Positions 9,069-19,506 of a stretch of DNA of 64,000 nucleotides are shown here, piece by piece. Numbering within the stretch: the stretch's first letter is position 1; each line of letters opens with the position of its first letter. The notes below the pieces were generated by a model. It searched no databases and had not been told where the DNA came from. It saw nothing but the letters and a program-made list of their open reading frames with translations. The position numbers and the translations under genes are program-made. The DNA is from Endomicrobiia bacterium (GTDB lineage Bacteria; Elusimicrobiota; Endomicrobiia; DTEH01): the NCBI GenBank assembly GCA_039630545.1, contig JBCNUU010000005.1, forward strand, positions 1 through 64,000, written 5' to 3'.

Positions 9069-9647
9069 TTAAAAGATTCTATTTTCTTGTTTATGTATCA
9101 GTCTTATTATGTTTTCTCTGTGTCTTATTGTTATTAAAGCTGCTATGAGTATAAATATTAATTTTGAAATAAAATTAAAATTTTTGCTAAATATAACTAA
9201 AAATGTACTAAAACATATAGATGTTAGCGAAGAAATAGAAACTATATGAGTTGTTAACAGAGTTATAATAAAAACTACACAGGTAACAAAAAATAATTCT
9301 TGTGAAATTACAAAAATTGTTCCGAAAAAAGTTGCTACACCTTTTCCTCCGTTAAATTTTAAAAATATAGATTTTGTATGTCCTAATACCGCAAAAAATC
9401 CAATTAAAGAAAGATACTGAGAATAGTGATGTCTTGTAATTAAAACTGGTATGCATCCTTTTAGAAAATCTACTACGAAAGTTATTATACCAAGCCATAT
9501 GTTTGTTGTTCTTATTACATTTGTGGTTCCAGGATTACCTGAGCCAATTTTTCTTATATCTTTGCCTTCGAAAATTTTTACTAAAATAAAAGCAGTTGGA
9601 ATACTGCCTATCAAGTAAGAAAATAAAGTAAAAAAAATCAGTTTCAT
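9069..9647 (-). CDS. plsY: Glycerol-3-phosphate acyltransferase PlsY
   Basis: YLIGSIP, GSGNPGTTN, DFLKG, GGKGVAT and HRENI motifs. Start reassigned to the ATG at 9647. Confidence 0.93.
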   Translation of the reverse strand: MKLIFFTLFSYLIGSIPTAFILVKIFEGKDIRKIGSGNPGTTNVIRTTNIWLGIITFVVDFLKGCIPVLITRHHYSQYLSLIGFFAVLGHTKSIFLKFNGGKGVATFFGTIFVISQELFFVTCVVFIITLLTTHIVSISSLTSICFSTFLVIFSKNFNFISKLIFILIAALITIRHRENIIRLIHKQENRIF

Positions 9648-9648
9648 T

Positions 9649-10188
9649 TCAGGAAACTCTTCTTGCAAAAATTATATAGTCAATGAATGACCCTATAACG
9701 AACAAAGCAGTGATAAAAAACATTTCATTTAACATATCAAATATTATTTTCTCTTTTAGATGAACATTTAAAATTACAATAGTCATAGTTATTGTCTCTA
9801 AAACTATAGAAACTTTTCCTAAAAATCGAGGTTTAACTGAAAATGAAAGTTTTCTTTGATAAGTAATTATCCAACCTGCAGAAACTAAAGTTTCACGTGC
9901 AATTATAATAGTAAAAAACCACAACGGAATTAGATTTTTTGATGCTAATGCAATAATTGTTGTGATTATTAACATTTTATCAACAAAAGCATCTAAAAAA
10001 CTACCAATAGCAGTCTTTTGTTTTAAAATCCTGGCCAAAAAGCCATCTAAAAAGTCAGTAATTGATGAAATAGCTAATATGATAGAGGCTAATAAGAATT
10101 TGTTTTTTAAAAATAGTATTAAAAATTCAATTGTAAGAATAAATCGTAAAATAGTAAAAAAATTTGGTAAACTTAATAGATTTTTCAT
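9649..10188 (-). CDS. pgsA: CDP-alcohol phosphatidyltransferase (PgsA-like)
   Basis: PNxxTxxR and DFLDGFLAR..G..LD..VDK motifs. Confidence 0.85.
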   Translation of the reverse strand: MKNLLSLPNFFTILRFILTIEFLILFLKNKFLLASIILAISSITDFLDGFLARILKQKTAIGSFLDAFVDKMLIITTIIALASKNLIPLWFFTIIIARETLVSAGWIITYQRKLSFSVKPRFLGKVSIVLETITMTIVILNVHLKEKIIFDMLNEMFFITALFVIGSFIDYIIFARRVS

Positions 10189-11450
10189 TTTTGTTTTTTT
10201 AACTTTTCTTTGATAATGTTGTATATTTTATCGTTTGAAATTATTTTTAAGACTAGTAATTCATTTTTTACATTATTAGAGATTATTTTACAATGTTTAT
10301 ATATAAAATCTAAAATTTCATATTTTTGTGGTGGTATTTTTATAGTTTTTATGAAATTTTTTGAATTTATAAATTTTTCAATTTTCTTTATTAATGTATC
10401 TAAATTAGTTGAATATTTGGCAGAAATGAATACAGCATTTTCTTTATTTAACTTTTTAAAAATAAAGTTTTTTTCAGAATTTTCAAGAAGGTCTATTTTA
10501 TTGTAGACTTTTAATATTGGTATCTCTGAAGCTCCTAACTCTTCTAATATTTTTTTAACAAGATTTTCTTTTTCTTTTATTTCTTGTGATGTGATGTCAA
10601 TTACTTCTAATAATAATGAAGCATCTTTTACAATTTCTAATGTAGACTTAAAACTTTCTATAAGGTGGTGTGGTAATCTGTCTATAAATCCTACTGTATC
10701 AATAAGTAGTATTTCTACTCCATTTGGCAAGGTAAGTTTTCTAGTTAAAGGATCCAATGTTGCAAAAAGTTTGTCGTCTGCGTATGCATAATTTTGCTTT
10801 AGAAGTGTATTAAACAGTGTAGATTTCCCTGAGTTAGTATATCCTATCAGTGCTACAGTTGGGATTTGTGATTCTTTTCTTAATTTTTTTTGTTCTTCTC
10901 TTGCAGTGACAATTTTTTTTAATTCTTCTTTTATTTTTTCGATTCTTTGCATAATTTTTCTTCTATCATACTCCAATTTTGTCTCTCCAGGACCTCTTGT
11001 TCCTATACCACCGACTTGATTGTCCATGTATATACCCTTTTTTGTTAGTCTTGGTAGAAGATATTCAAGTTGTGCTAATTCGACCTGAAGTTTTGCTTCT
11101 TTGGTGTGTGCTCTTTGCGCGAAAATGTCTAAAATTAGTCTTGTTCTATCAATGATTTTAGCTTCTATTTTTTTTTCAAGATTTTTAATCTGTGCTGGTG
11201 TTAGTTCGTTATTAAATACTACTGTTTTTATTTTATTTTCAGCAACATATTTTCCTATCTCATCAGCCTTGCCGCTGCCAATGTAATAAGCAGGATCTAT
11301 TTTATCTCTTTTTACTATAAAAGATTTTTCAACTACACCATTAGCTGTATATACTAAACTTGATAATTCCATTAAAGATTTGTAATCTTTGTCATGATTT
11401 TTTTCGGATTTCAAAATAGTCCCCACTATTACTACTTTTTCCGCCATCAT
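10185..11450 (-). CDS. hflX: GTPase HflX
   Basis: EAKLQVELAQL, RGPGETKLE, GYTNSGKS, LFATLD, DTVGF and NKID motifs. Confidence 0.96.
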   Translation of the reverse strand: MMAEKVVIVGTILKSEKNHDKDYKSLMELSSLVYTANGVVEKSFIVKRDKIDPAYYIGSGKADEIGKYVAENKIKTVVFNNELTPAQIKNLEKKIEAKIIDRTRLILDIFAQRAHTKEAKLQVELAQLEYLLPRLTKKGIYMDNQVGGIGTRGPGETKLEYDRRKIMQRIEKIKEELKKIVTAREEQKKLRKESQIPTVALIGYTNSGKSTLFNTLLKQNYAYADDKLFATLDPLTRKLTLPNGVEILLIDTVGFIDRLPHHLIESFKSTLEIVKDASLLLEVIDITSQEIKEKENLVKKILEELGASEIPILKVYNKIDLLENSEKNFIFKKLNKENAVFISAKYSTNLDTLIKKIEKFINSKNFIKTIKIPPQKYEILDFIYKHCKIISNNVKNELLVLKIISNDKIYNIIKEKLKKQK

Positions 11451-11467
11451 ATCAGATGCTTTTATAG

Positions 11468-12424
11468 TTAATTCAAGAATTTTACTATTTCTGTGTAGAT
11501 ATTTTCTACAATTTTTTCTTTGTCTAAATTGTCACAATATATCCATTTTATACGAGTGTTTTTCCTAAACCATGTAAGTTGTCGTTTAATATAATTTAAA
11601 GTGTCAAAAATAAATTTTTTTTTAGTTGTCTCTAAATCTATTTCATTTTTTATAAACTTTATAATCCATTTGTATCCAATAGAAGTGAATGCAGGAATGT
11701 TTTCGTTTTTATATTTGTTTAATACATAAAGCGTTTCTTCTATTAATCCGTTTCTAAACATCCATTCCGTTCTTTCATAAATTCTTTTTTTTAAATTTTC
11801 TTTACTATAGATAATTCCTAAAATCAAGCTATCATACATAGGATTTTTTTTATTTTCTTTAATAACTTCACTGAATGGTTTACCGGTTTGAAATATAACT
11901 TCTAAAGATCTAATTATTCTAGTTATGTTATTAGGATGAATTTCTTCTGCTCTAATGGGATCCAACTTTAAAAGTAAATCATATAAATAACGACTACCGT
12001 GTAGATTTTTAAGTTGAATAAGATGTTCTCTTATTTCTGTTTTTCTTTTAGGAAGGTCAGATATTCCATCTGTGATTGTTTTGATATAAAGACCAGTACC
12101 GCCTGCTATTATTGGTATTTTGTTTTTTAGAAAAATTTTTTCTATAATTTTCTTCGCATCTTCATAAAAACTACCAGCATCGTAGTATAAGGTTGGTTCA
12201 AGAAAATCTACTAAATAATGAATAGTATTGTTGTAGATAAATAACTTTTCGTTATTGATTTTTTCCCATTTACCTTGAGGTTTGTTGGTCCCTATTGATA
12301 AGTACCTATAAACCTGACGAGAGTCTGCTGAGATTACTTCTAAAGGTAATTTTTGATTAAGTAATACCGTAATTTCAGTTTTTCCTGTTCCAGTAGGGCC
12401 TAATAGCACAACGATTTTTTTCAT
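11468..12424 (-). CDS. miaA: tRNA dimethylallyltransferase
   Basis: GPTGTGKT, SADSRQVY, GGTGLY and KRQLTWF motifs. Confidence 0.96.
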   Translation of the reverse strand: MKKIVVLLGPTGTGKTEITVLLNQKLPLEVISADSRQVYRYLSIGTNKPQGKWEKINNEKLFIYNNTIHYLVDFLEPTLYYDAGSFYEDAKKIIEKIFLKNKIPIIAGGTGLYIKTITDGISDLPKRKTEIREHLIQLKNLHGSRYLYDLLLKLDPIRAEEIHPNNITRIIRSLEVIFQTGKPFSEVIKENKKNPMYDSLILGIIYSKENLKKRIYERTEWMFRNGLIEETLYVLNKYKNENIPAFTSIGYKWIIKFIKNEIDLETTKKKFIFDTLNYIKRQLTWFRKNTRIKWIYCDNLDKEKIVENIYTEIVKFLN

Positions 12425-14154
12425 TTTTTTCTTAAAAAAAATTTTTCAATTTCAGAAATCTCAATGTTTATTATAGTTGGACGTCCATGAGGACAAAAAA
12501 ATGGTTGTTCACAATCTGAAAGATCCTTTAGTAGGTTTTCAACCTGAGATAAACTAAGGAGTTGATTCGCTTTTATTGCAGCTCTGCATGCACTTCTTAT
12601 AATTTTATCTTTGATTGTTATATCGTTAGTTTCACTTCTTATATCCGATATTAAATTTTCTATAAATTTTGAAATGAAATCTTTTATATCGTCTATTTCA
12701 AACACAGAAGGTATACTATAAAAACCTAAAGAAGATTTCCCGGAAATAATTGCTTCAAATCCTAATTTGTTAAGTTCTTCAATATAAGGTTTTATTGTTT
12801 CAAAATCTGAAAGTTTTAACTCTATATTAACTGGAAAAAGTAGTCTTTGAGTTTGTAAAGAAGATTTAAGGTTTTCATTTGTAAATCTTTCAAAAAGTAT
12901 CCGCTCACTTGCTGCATGCTGGTCCAAAATTGTTAGACCATTATTTGTTTCAAATAGTAAATAAGTTCTGTTGAGTTGTCCTAAGTAAATATATCTATGT
13001 ATTCCTATTTTTTTGTAATTCTCATATATTAAATTTTGCGAATAATCTGTTGGTAGATAAGATGTATAGATGCTTAAAGGTTTTTGTGATGTATTTAAGT
13101 TTTTTTCAGATACATAGTTTACTTTTGAATAGCTATCAATAGATATAGGTTTTTTTGAATCTAAATTATATTTTATTTTTTCAGAAAGCAGAGTTTTTAT
13201 CTTATTATATATTGCTTCTTCATCAAAAAATTTTATAATTCTTTTTTTTGGATGAATATTTACATCTATTTTATTTGGATGTATTTCTATAAAAATTATT
13301 CCCACAGGATGTCTTCCAGTAGGTAAGGTATCCTTATAGGCATCATATAAAGACTGTGTTAAAATTTTTGAACTTACCGGTCTTTTGTTTACATAAAACA
13401 TTTGCAAAGACTTATTGATCTGTGTATGTTCTAAAGGAGATATAAATCCATATATTTTTATTTCTTCATCTTTGTGTTCAAAATATATTAAATTTTGAAC
13501 TATTTCTTTTTTGAATACATCATTTATTCTTTTTACAACTGAGATTGAAGGATTAAAAGAAAGAATTAGTTCGTTGTCTGAAAAAAGTTTAAATTCTATG
13601 TCATTATATGCAACCGCGTACTCCTCAACAGTTTTTATTATGTGTATTTTTTCTGTATAAGTTGATTTTAAAGATTTTAACCTGGCAGGTACATTATAAA
13701 ATAAATCTCTTACTTCTACTATTGTGCCTTCATTAGCTGCACATTCTTCAAAAGAAATTATTTCACCTCCATGAATAACCAGTTCATAGCCTATTTTTTC
13801 TTCTTTAATTTTTGAAATGATTTTAGTTTTGGATACATTTACTATAGAAGCCAAAGCTTCACCTCTGAAGCCTAAAGTGGAAAGATTATAAATGTCTTCA
13901 AAATTTTCTATTTTACTTGTAGCATGTGGTTTCACACATAAAGTTAAATCTTCTTTTGACATCCCACATCCGTTATCAGTTATTCTAATAAGCTTTTTAC
14001 CAGCAGAAATTACTTCTATTGTTATTTTAGTTGCTTTAGCATCAATGCTATTTTCTAAAAGTTCTTTTACTACATTAGATGGTCTCTCAATTATTTCCCC
14101 AGCTGCTATGCGGGTATAAATTTCAGGAGGTAAAATTTTAATCCTGTTCATCAA
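12421..14154 (-). CDS. mutL: DNA mismatch repair endonuclease MutL
   Basis: IAAGE, KELLENSIDA and GFRGEAL motifs. Endonuclease motifs DQHAASERILFE, ACR and CPHGRP indicate the MutH-independent type. Confidence 0.96.
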   Translation of the reverse strand: MMNRIKILPPEIYTRIAAGEIIERPSNVVKELLENSIDAKATKITIEVISAGKKLIRITDNGCGMSKEDLTLCVKPHATSKIENFEDIYNLSTLGFRGEALASIVNVSKTKIISKIKEEKIGYELVIHGGEIISFEECAANEGTIVEVRDLFYNVPARLKSLKSTYTEKIHIIKTVEEYAVAYNDIEFKLFSDNELILSFNPSISVVKRINDVFKKEIVQNLIYFEHKDEEIKIYGFISPLEHTQINKSLQMFYVNKRPVSSKILTQSLYDAYKDTLPTGRHPVGIIFIEIHPNKIDVNIHPKKRIIKFFDEEAIYNKIKTLLSEKIKYNLDSKKPISIDSYSKVNYVSEKNLNTSQKPLSIYTSYLPTDYSQNLIYENYKKIGIHRYIYLGQLNRTYLLFETNNGLTILDQHAASERILFERFTNENLKSSLQTQRLLFPVNIELKLSDFETIKPYIEELNKLGFEAIISGKSSLGFYSIPSVFEIDDIKDFISKFIENLISDIRSETNDITIKDKIIRSACRAAIKANQLLSLSQVENLLKDLSDCEQPFFCPHGRPTIINIEISEIEKFFLRKK

Positions 14155-14520
14155 TTACATGTCTTCTTCCAAGTGGGAGTTTACAAAGTTGGCAATTTTA
14201 ATAAAATCTTCTTTAGAAATTTCTATAAATTGTAATCCAATTCTATAAGTTTTATCTTGTGATTTTATCCAAACAACTTTTGCTTTTATTGGCCCGGTTT
14301 TTATGTTATGTAAGTTTAAAGACAGCTCTATAATACAATCTACAGGAACTTCTTTAAAACTTAATATACCAATTCCTCCAGCTGAAATGTCTAAAAGGAT
14401 TCCAGCAACAGATACGTTATCTTTAGAGGTTCTTATTTGAATTGGAAGTGTAAGATGGAATACATTTAATCTTTTGTGTTTTCTTTTTTCAATTCCTGTG
14501 TAGCTATTACTTTTTTCCAT
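14155..14520 (-). CDS. Stand-alone PilZ domain protein (c-di-GMP receptor)
   Basis: RxxxR (EKRKHKR) and DxSxxG (DISAGG) motifs, then KVVW...IGLQF. Confidence 0.85.
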   Translation of the reverse strand: MEKSNSYTGIEKRKHKRLNVFHLTLPIQIRTSKDNVSVAGILLDISAGGIGILSFKEVPVDCIIELSLNLHNIKTGPIKAKVVWIKSQDKTYRIGLQFIEISKEDFIKIANFVNSHLEEDM

Positions 14521-17162
14521 TTTAGTATAATATTAAATGCTTCTAATGGTGTCAAATTATTTATATCAATTTTTTTAATTTCTTCCAATAGTTGTTCTAA
14601 AATTTTTTTATGAAGTATTGTAGTGTCTATAATATCAAATAAATCTAGTTGAAGTTGGTTGGATTTATGAATGTTTTCAATATTTATTTTTGAAGTTGAA
14701 TTTTGAAGTTGTTTTAATAAAGTATAAGATCTTTTTATAACCTTTTCAGGTATACCAGCAAGCTTTGCTACATGTATTCCATAAGATTTATCTGAACATC
14801 CTTCAATTACTTTATATAAAAAAACAATTTCATCTTTGAATTCTTTTACTGCCACATTATAGTTTTTTATTCCATTATATTTTGCTTCAAGTTCAGTAAG
14901 TTCAAAATAATGTGTTGCAAAAAGAGTCCTTGGTGAGTAGACTTTGTCCCAATTTTGGCTGTCTATCAGGTATTCTATTGTTGACCAGGCGATTGAAATT
15001 CCGTCATAAGTAGAGGTACCTCTTCCTATTTCATCTAAAATGATAAGACTTCTTGCTGTAGCATTATGAAGAATATTGGCTGTTTCCTGCATTTCAACCA
15101 TGAAAGTAGAAAGACCTTTTGAGAGGTAATCAGCAGCTCCTATTCGTGCAAAAATTTTGTCTACTATGCCTATTCTTGCATACTCGGCAGGAACAAAACT
15201 TCCTATTTGAGCTAATATAACACATAAGGCTACCTGTCTTATATAAGTAGATTTTCCAGCCATGTTAGGACCTGTTAAAATTATAAGTTTAACTTTTTCA
15301 GCATCTAAATACACATCATTTGGAATAAATTTTCCAGCTGGTAAAATTCTTTCCAGGACTGGATGTCTTGAAGATTTAAGTTCTAATATATATGAATCTT
15401 CTATAACAGGTTTTGTGTAATTATATCTTCTTGCTATTTCTGCTAAGTCTGTTAATACATCAATAAGTGCTATTTTTGAACTTATTTCATAAAGATAGTT
15501 GGTGTATTCACTTATTTTTTCTATAATTTGGTTGTAAATAAACTCTTCAAGCTGTAATATCCGTTCTTCTGCAGATATTATTTTATCTTCAAATTCTTTA
15601 AGTTCAGGAGTTATAAACCTTTCTGCGTTTTTTAAAGTTTGTTTTCTTATGTATTCCTTAGGTATAAGATGAAGATTAGGTTTCGTAACTTCTATATAGT
15701 AACCAAAAACAGATGTATATCCTATTTTTAATGATGTAATACCTGTTTTTTGTCTTTGTTCTTCTTGATATTTTAACAACCATTCTTTTGAAGAAGAATA
15801 TAGCTGTCTTAAATCGTCCAGTTCTTTATTGTAACCTGCTTTTATCACGTTTCCTTTTTTTATATCTACAGGTGCTTCAGGGTTGATACTGTTTTCAATT
15901 AAATCAACAACTTCCTTTAATTCGTTTAATGATAATATTCCTAAATGATCTATAAAATCTAAATTAAGTTGAGAGTTATATATTATCTGGTTTATTAAAT
16001 GTTTTATTTCTGGGACAACACTTAAAGAATCTTTCAAGTTAATAAGATCTTTAGGATTTGCATTTTTAGAAGAAATTTTATTAGTTATTCGCTCTATATC
16101 AGATATAGATTTCATCTTCTCAATGATTTTTTGTCTTAAATAGTCATCCCTATAGAAGATCTCTACATAAAACTGTCTAATTTTTATTTCTTGTATGTTT
16201 AATAAAGGTTTTAAGATCCAATTCCTTAAAAGTCTTGCACCCATTGGCGTTTGTGTTAGATCAATTACATCTAATAGAGAGTTTTTTGATGTTCTGTCAT
16301 ACAAGTTTTCTATGAGTTCCAAGTTTCTCACACAAGCTGTATTAAGAAACATATAATTCTCTAATGAATATACTTTAATACCTTTTAATTTTGGAATCAA
16401 TGTTTTTTGGGTTCTTTCAAGATATTCATATAACCCACCTATAGAAGATAATATAGCATAATGTGAAGAAGAAATACCGAATGTTTCTAAAGAGTAAACT
16501 TTATAGAACTGTTTTATTTTTTCTTCCGCTGTTGAGGGATCAAAATACCAGTCTTCTAAAAATTCAATGTGTATATCCTTATACTGTTTTATTATGTGAA
16601 GAATTTGTTCTTTCTGGGTTTCTTTTGCTACAATTTCTGAAGGAGAAATTCTATTGATTTCATCAATGGTTTTTGTGAAGTCTTTATCTTCAAACTGAGT
16701 AGCTAAAAAATCGCCTGTAGAAATATCTACATAGACAATTCCTACTAAGTAGTTATCCTTTGCAGGTATTATATTTATGGAAGTTAAAAAATTATTTTTT
16801 TTTGCTTCTAAAAGATTTTCCTCTATTATTGTACCCGGTGTGATTACTCTTACGACTTCTCTTTTTACTACACCTTTGGCTAGTTTTGGATCCTCAACTT
16901 GCTCACAGATAGCGACTTTGAATCCATGGTTTAGTAATTTTGATATGTAATTGTTTAAACTATGAAAAGGAACACCACACATTGGGATATCTTGTCTTTT
17001 GGTGAGTACTATACCTAATATAGGAGAAGATTTTATTGCATCTTCTCCAAACATCTCATAAAAGTCACCCAGGCGGAACATTAAAATGCAGTCTTTGTAT
17101 TGTTGTTTTATCTGGTGATACTGCCGCATTAATGGTGTTAAATTAACTTCTAATTCGTTCAT
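14466..17162 (-). CDS. mutS: DNA mismatch repair protein MutS
   Basis: TPLMRQY, GDFYE, TGPNMAGKST, STFMVEM, DEIGRGTS, ATHY and SYGIHVA motifs. Confidence 0.97.
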   Translation of the reverse strand: MNELEVNLTPLMRQYHQIKQQYKDCILMFRLGDFYEMFGEDAIKSSPILGIVLTKRQDIPMCGVPFHSLNNYISKLLNHGFKVAICEQVEDPKLAKGVVKREVVRVITPGTIIEENLLEAKKNNFLTSINIIPAKDNYLVGIVYVDISTGDFLATQFEDKDFTKTIDEINRISPSEIVAKETQKEQILHIIKQYKDIHIEFLEDWYFDPSTAEEKIKQFYKVYSLETFGISSSHYAILSSIGGLYEYLERTQKTLIPKLKGIKVYSLENYMFLNTACVRNLELIENLYDRTSKNSLLDVIDLTQTPMGARLLRNWILKPLLNIQEIKIRQFYVEIFYRDDYLRQKIIEKMKSISDIERITNKISSKNANPKDLINLKDSLSVVPEIKHLINQIIYNSQLNLDFIDHLGILSLNELKEVVDLIENSINPEAPVDIKKGNVIKAGYNKELDDLRQLYSSSKEWLLKYQEEQRQKTGITSLKIGYTSVFGYYIEVTKPNLHLIPKEYIRKQTLKNAERFITPELKEFEDKIISAEERILQLEEFIYNQIIEKISEYTNYLYEISSKIALIDVLTDLAEIARRYNYTKPVIEDSYILELKSSRHPVLERILPAGKFIPNDVYLDAEKVKLIILTGPNMAGKSTYIRQVALCVILAQIGSFVPAEYARIGIVDKIFARIGAADYLSKGLSTFMVEMQETANILHNATARSLIILDEIGRGTSTYDGISIAWSTIEYLIDSQNWDKVYSPRTLFATHYFELTELEAKYNGIKNYNVAVKEFKDEIVFLYKVIEGCSDKSYGIHVAKLAGIPEKVIKRSYTLLKQLQNSTSKINIENIHKSNQLQLDLFDIIDTTILHKKILEQLLEEIKKIDINNLTPLEAFNIILKWKKVIATQELKKENTKD

Positions 17163-17244
17163 TTTCAGACTATTGTATTGGTTTTTGAAATAATTAAGAT
17201 AATAAATATAAAAATTTCAAAATTATATCAACAGAAAAGTCGTT

Positions 17245-18558
17245 TTATACTACAGGGTAGCTAATAAGTGTCTGATGTTTCAAGTTAAAAATTTTTACAA
17301 TCACAAAACTACCGTAAATAAGACTATGTTTATTGTTAGTTATTACTTCTACAGTTTTATTAGTTAGTGTTTTGCCTATGTAGTATATTTTGTCCTTTTT
17401 TTTATTTTGCGAGATAATTAAAACTTCAACTTCTGTGTTGAGTAATTTTTTATTTTTTTGATGAGATAATTCATTACAAAGTTTTAATAGTTGATAATGT
17501 CTTGTTTCTTTTATGTTTTGTGGAACATCATCAGAAAGTTCTGCTGCTTTGGTTCCTTTTCTTGGTGAATACTTGAATACAAAAGCAGAATCAAATTGTA
17601 TTTCTAATACCGTTTTCAATGTTGCTTGGTAATCTTCTTCTGTTTCGGTAGGAAAACCGACAATAAGGTCTGTGGTGATACAGATCTCCGGTATTTCTTG
17701 ACGGATCATCTGAATAATTTCTTTGTATTTTTCCACGGTGTAGTTTCTATTCATAAGTTGAAGGATTCTATTAGAACCTGACTGCAGAGGTAGATGTATA
17801 TGTCGTGAAATGTTTGGGTATTTTTTAATAATTTTAACTATATCATAATTCATATCTTTTGGATGATTTGTTAAAAATCTAACCCAGTATTTTTTGTTGG
17901 TGTCTAGATTTGCCACCATTTCTAATAGTTCAGCAAAAGTAATTTGCTTTTCTTCATTCTTTGTAAATGATTTATAAGAGTTTACATTTTGTCCTATTAG
18001 AGTAACTTCTTTAACACCCTTTTCAAGTAGTGCTTTAATTTCATTTAAAACCTCTTCATAATTTCGAGACTTTTCAGTACCTCTTACATAAGGAACAATA
18101 CAATATGAGCAAAAATTGTTGCAGCCAGTCATTATAGGAACAAAAGTTGAGACTTTATTAAAAATGTTTAGATGTTGATTTTTAGATGACAGAGTAATAT
18201 CAAAAGTATTTTGCAATATTTCTGGTAGATACTCATACTCAAGTGGTCCTGCAATTATATCTATAAATGGGAACTTTTTTTGTAATTCAAACTTAGCCCG
18301 TTGTGCAAAACATCCTAGTACGATAATTTTTAATTTTTTATTTTTAATTTTGAGTTTTTTTAGTCTCCCAATAAATGATTCTGCTTTATCTTCTGCATGT
18401 TTGCGAACAGAACATGTGTTTACAATTATAACATCTGCAGTGTTTATATCTTCTGTTAATTCAAAATTCCTGTTTGTTATTAACATAGAAGCTACATACT
18501 CAGAATCTGCAACATTCATTTGACAACCGAAAGTTTGAATAAATAATTTATAATTCAT
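17245..18558 (-). CDS. miaB: tRNA methylthiotransferase MiaB
   Basis: TFGCQMN, NTCSVR, CNNFCSYC radical SAM motif, HLPLQSGS, C-terminal TRAM-like region. Confidence 0.95.
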   Translation of the reverse strand: MNYKLFIQTFGCQMNVADSEYVASMLITNRNFELTEDINTADVIIVNTCSVRKHAEDKAESFIGRLKKLKIKNKKLKIIVLGCFAQRAKFELQKKFPFIDIIAGPLEYEYLPEILQNTFDITLSSKNQHLNIFNKVSTFVPIMTGCNNFCSYCIVPYVRGTEKSRNYEEVLNEIKALLEKGVKEVTLIGQNVNSYKSFTKNEEKQITFAELLEMVANLDTNKKYWVRFLTNHPKDMNYDIVKIIKKYPNISRHIHLPLQSGSNRILQLMNRNYTVEKYKEIIQMIRQEIPEICITTDLIVGFPTETEEDYQATLKTVLEIQFDSAFVFKYSPRKGTKAAELSDDVPQNIKETRHYQLLKLCNELSHQKNKKLLNTEVEVLIISQNKKKDKIYYIGKTLTNKTVEVITNNKHSLIYGSFVIVKIFNLKHQTLISYPVV

Positions 18559-18585
18559 ACAAATTACAATTTGTTATAGATAATT

Positions 18586-19104
18586 TTAGTATTCTATGCT
18601 ATAGATTTGTTTTCTACTTATAAAATCCACAATTTCTATTTTTCTTAGGTCAAAATCTATAATAGCAAAACTCGGTGGATATCCTTTTTTGTCTTCTTTT
18701 TTAAGATGACCTGGATTTACCCAGATTATATCAGATTTTATTTCTATGCTTGGTATGTGTGTATGTCCGTATAATACAATATCAACTTGTTGTTTACTGA
18801 CCTGTTCTGGTTTGATATCATTTGGATAATCATTTATATGTGAGGTTGGTGTGTGTGTAATTAGAACTCTGGTATTGTTAAACTCTTTTATTATTCTGTG
18901 AGGTATATTTTTATCTTTATAGTGGTCACAATAAACACCAGGCACCCAGATAACTTCCTGGAATAGATGTTTTACAGGTTCAATATCCTCACATTCATCA
19001 CCTAAAAATATTAAAATAAATACTTTGTTATAAATTAAATAATCTGTCAACTGAGTAAGATATTCTAAATTGTTATGTGTATCACTTATTACAGCAGCTT
19101 TCAT
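18586..19104 (-). CDS. YfcE/MJ0936-family metallophosphoesterase
   Basis: SDTH, LGD, ITH, YGHTH and NPG motifs. Confidence 0.85.
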   Translation of the reverse strand: MKAAVISDTHNNLEYLTQLTDYLIYNKVFILIFLGDECEDIEPVKHLFQEVIWVPGVYCDHYKDKNIPHRIIKEFNNTRVLITHTPTSHINDYPNDIKPEQVSKQQVDIVLYGHTHIPSIEIKSDIIWVNPGHLKKEDKKGYPPSFAIIDFDLRKIEIVDFISRKQIYSIEY

Positions 19105-19506
19105 TATCTTTTAATGTGAAATTTTTTTAAAATAATTTATATTAAAAAATACCTTCCAGAATCAATGCTAACAGTTTTAAGTCGATATGGAAGGATATGT
19201 TCTAAGTTGTAAAAGTTTACTCGTTTCATTAATTTAGTTTGCGGTACTTTTTATATGTTGAAGTTTAATTTCTAATAATTTTTTAAGCAATACTATTACT
19301 TTTTATAACCTTTAGAGTTAAAATTCTCTATTTTTCTTTTAAAAAATATATTCCTTTTAGTTCTGGGATGATTTTCTAAAAGTAGAACTGTTAGATTATT
19401 ATCCTTCATGGGAACTTATGTTTTTAAGGTTTCTAATAAATAGATTCAAAGAAAAAGTGATTCAACTTTTTAAATGTATTTTACAAATATCAGATAATAA
19501 AAGAAA

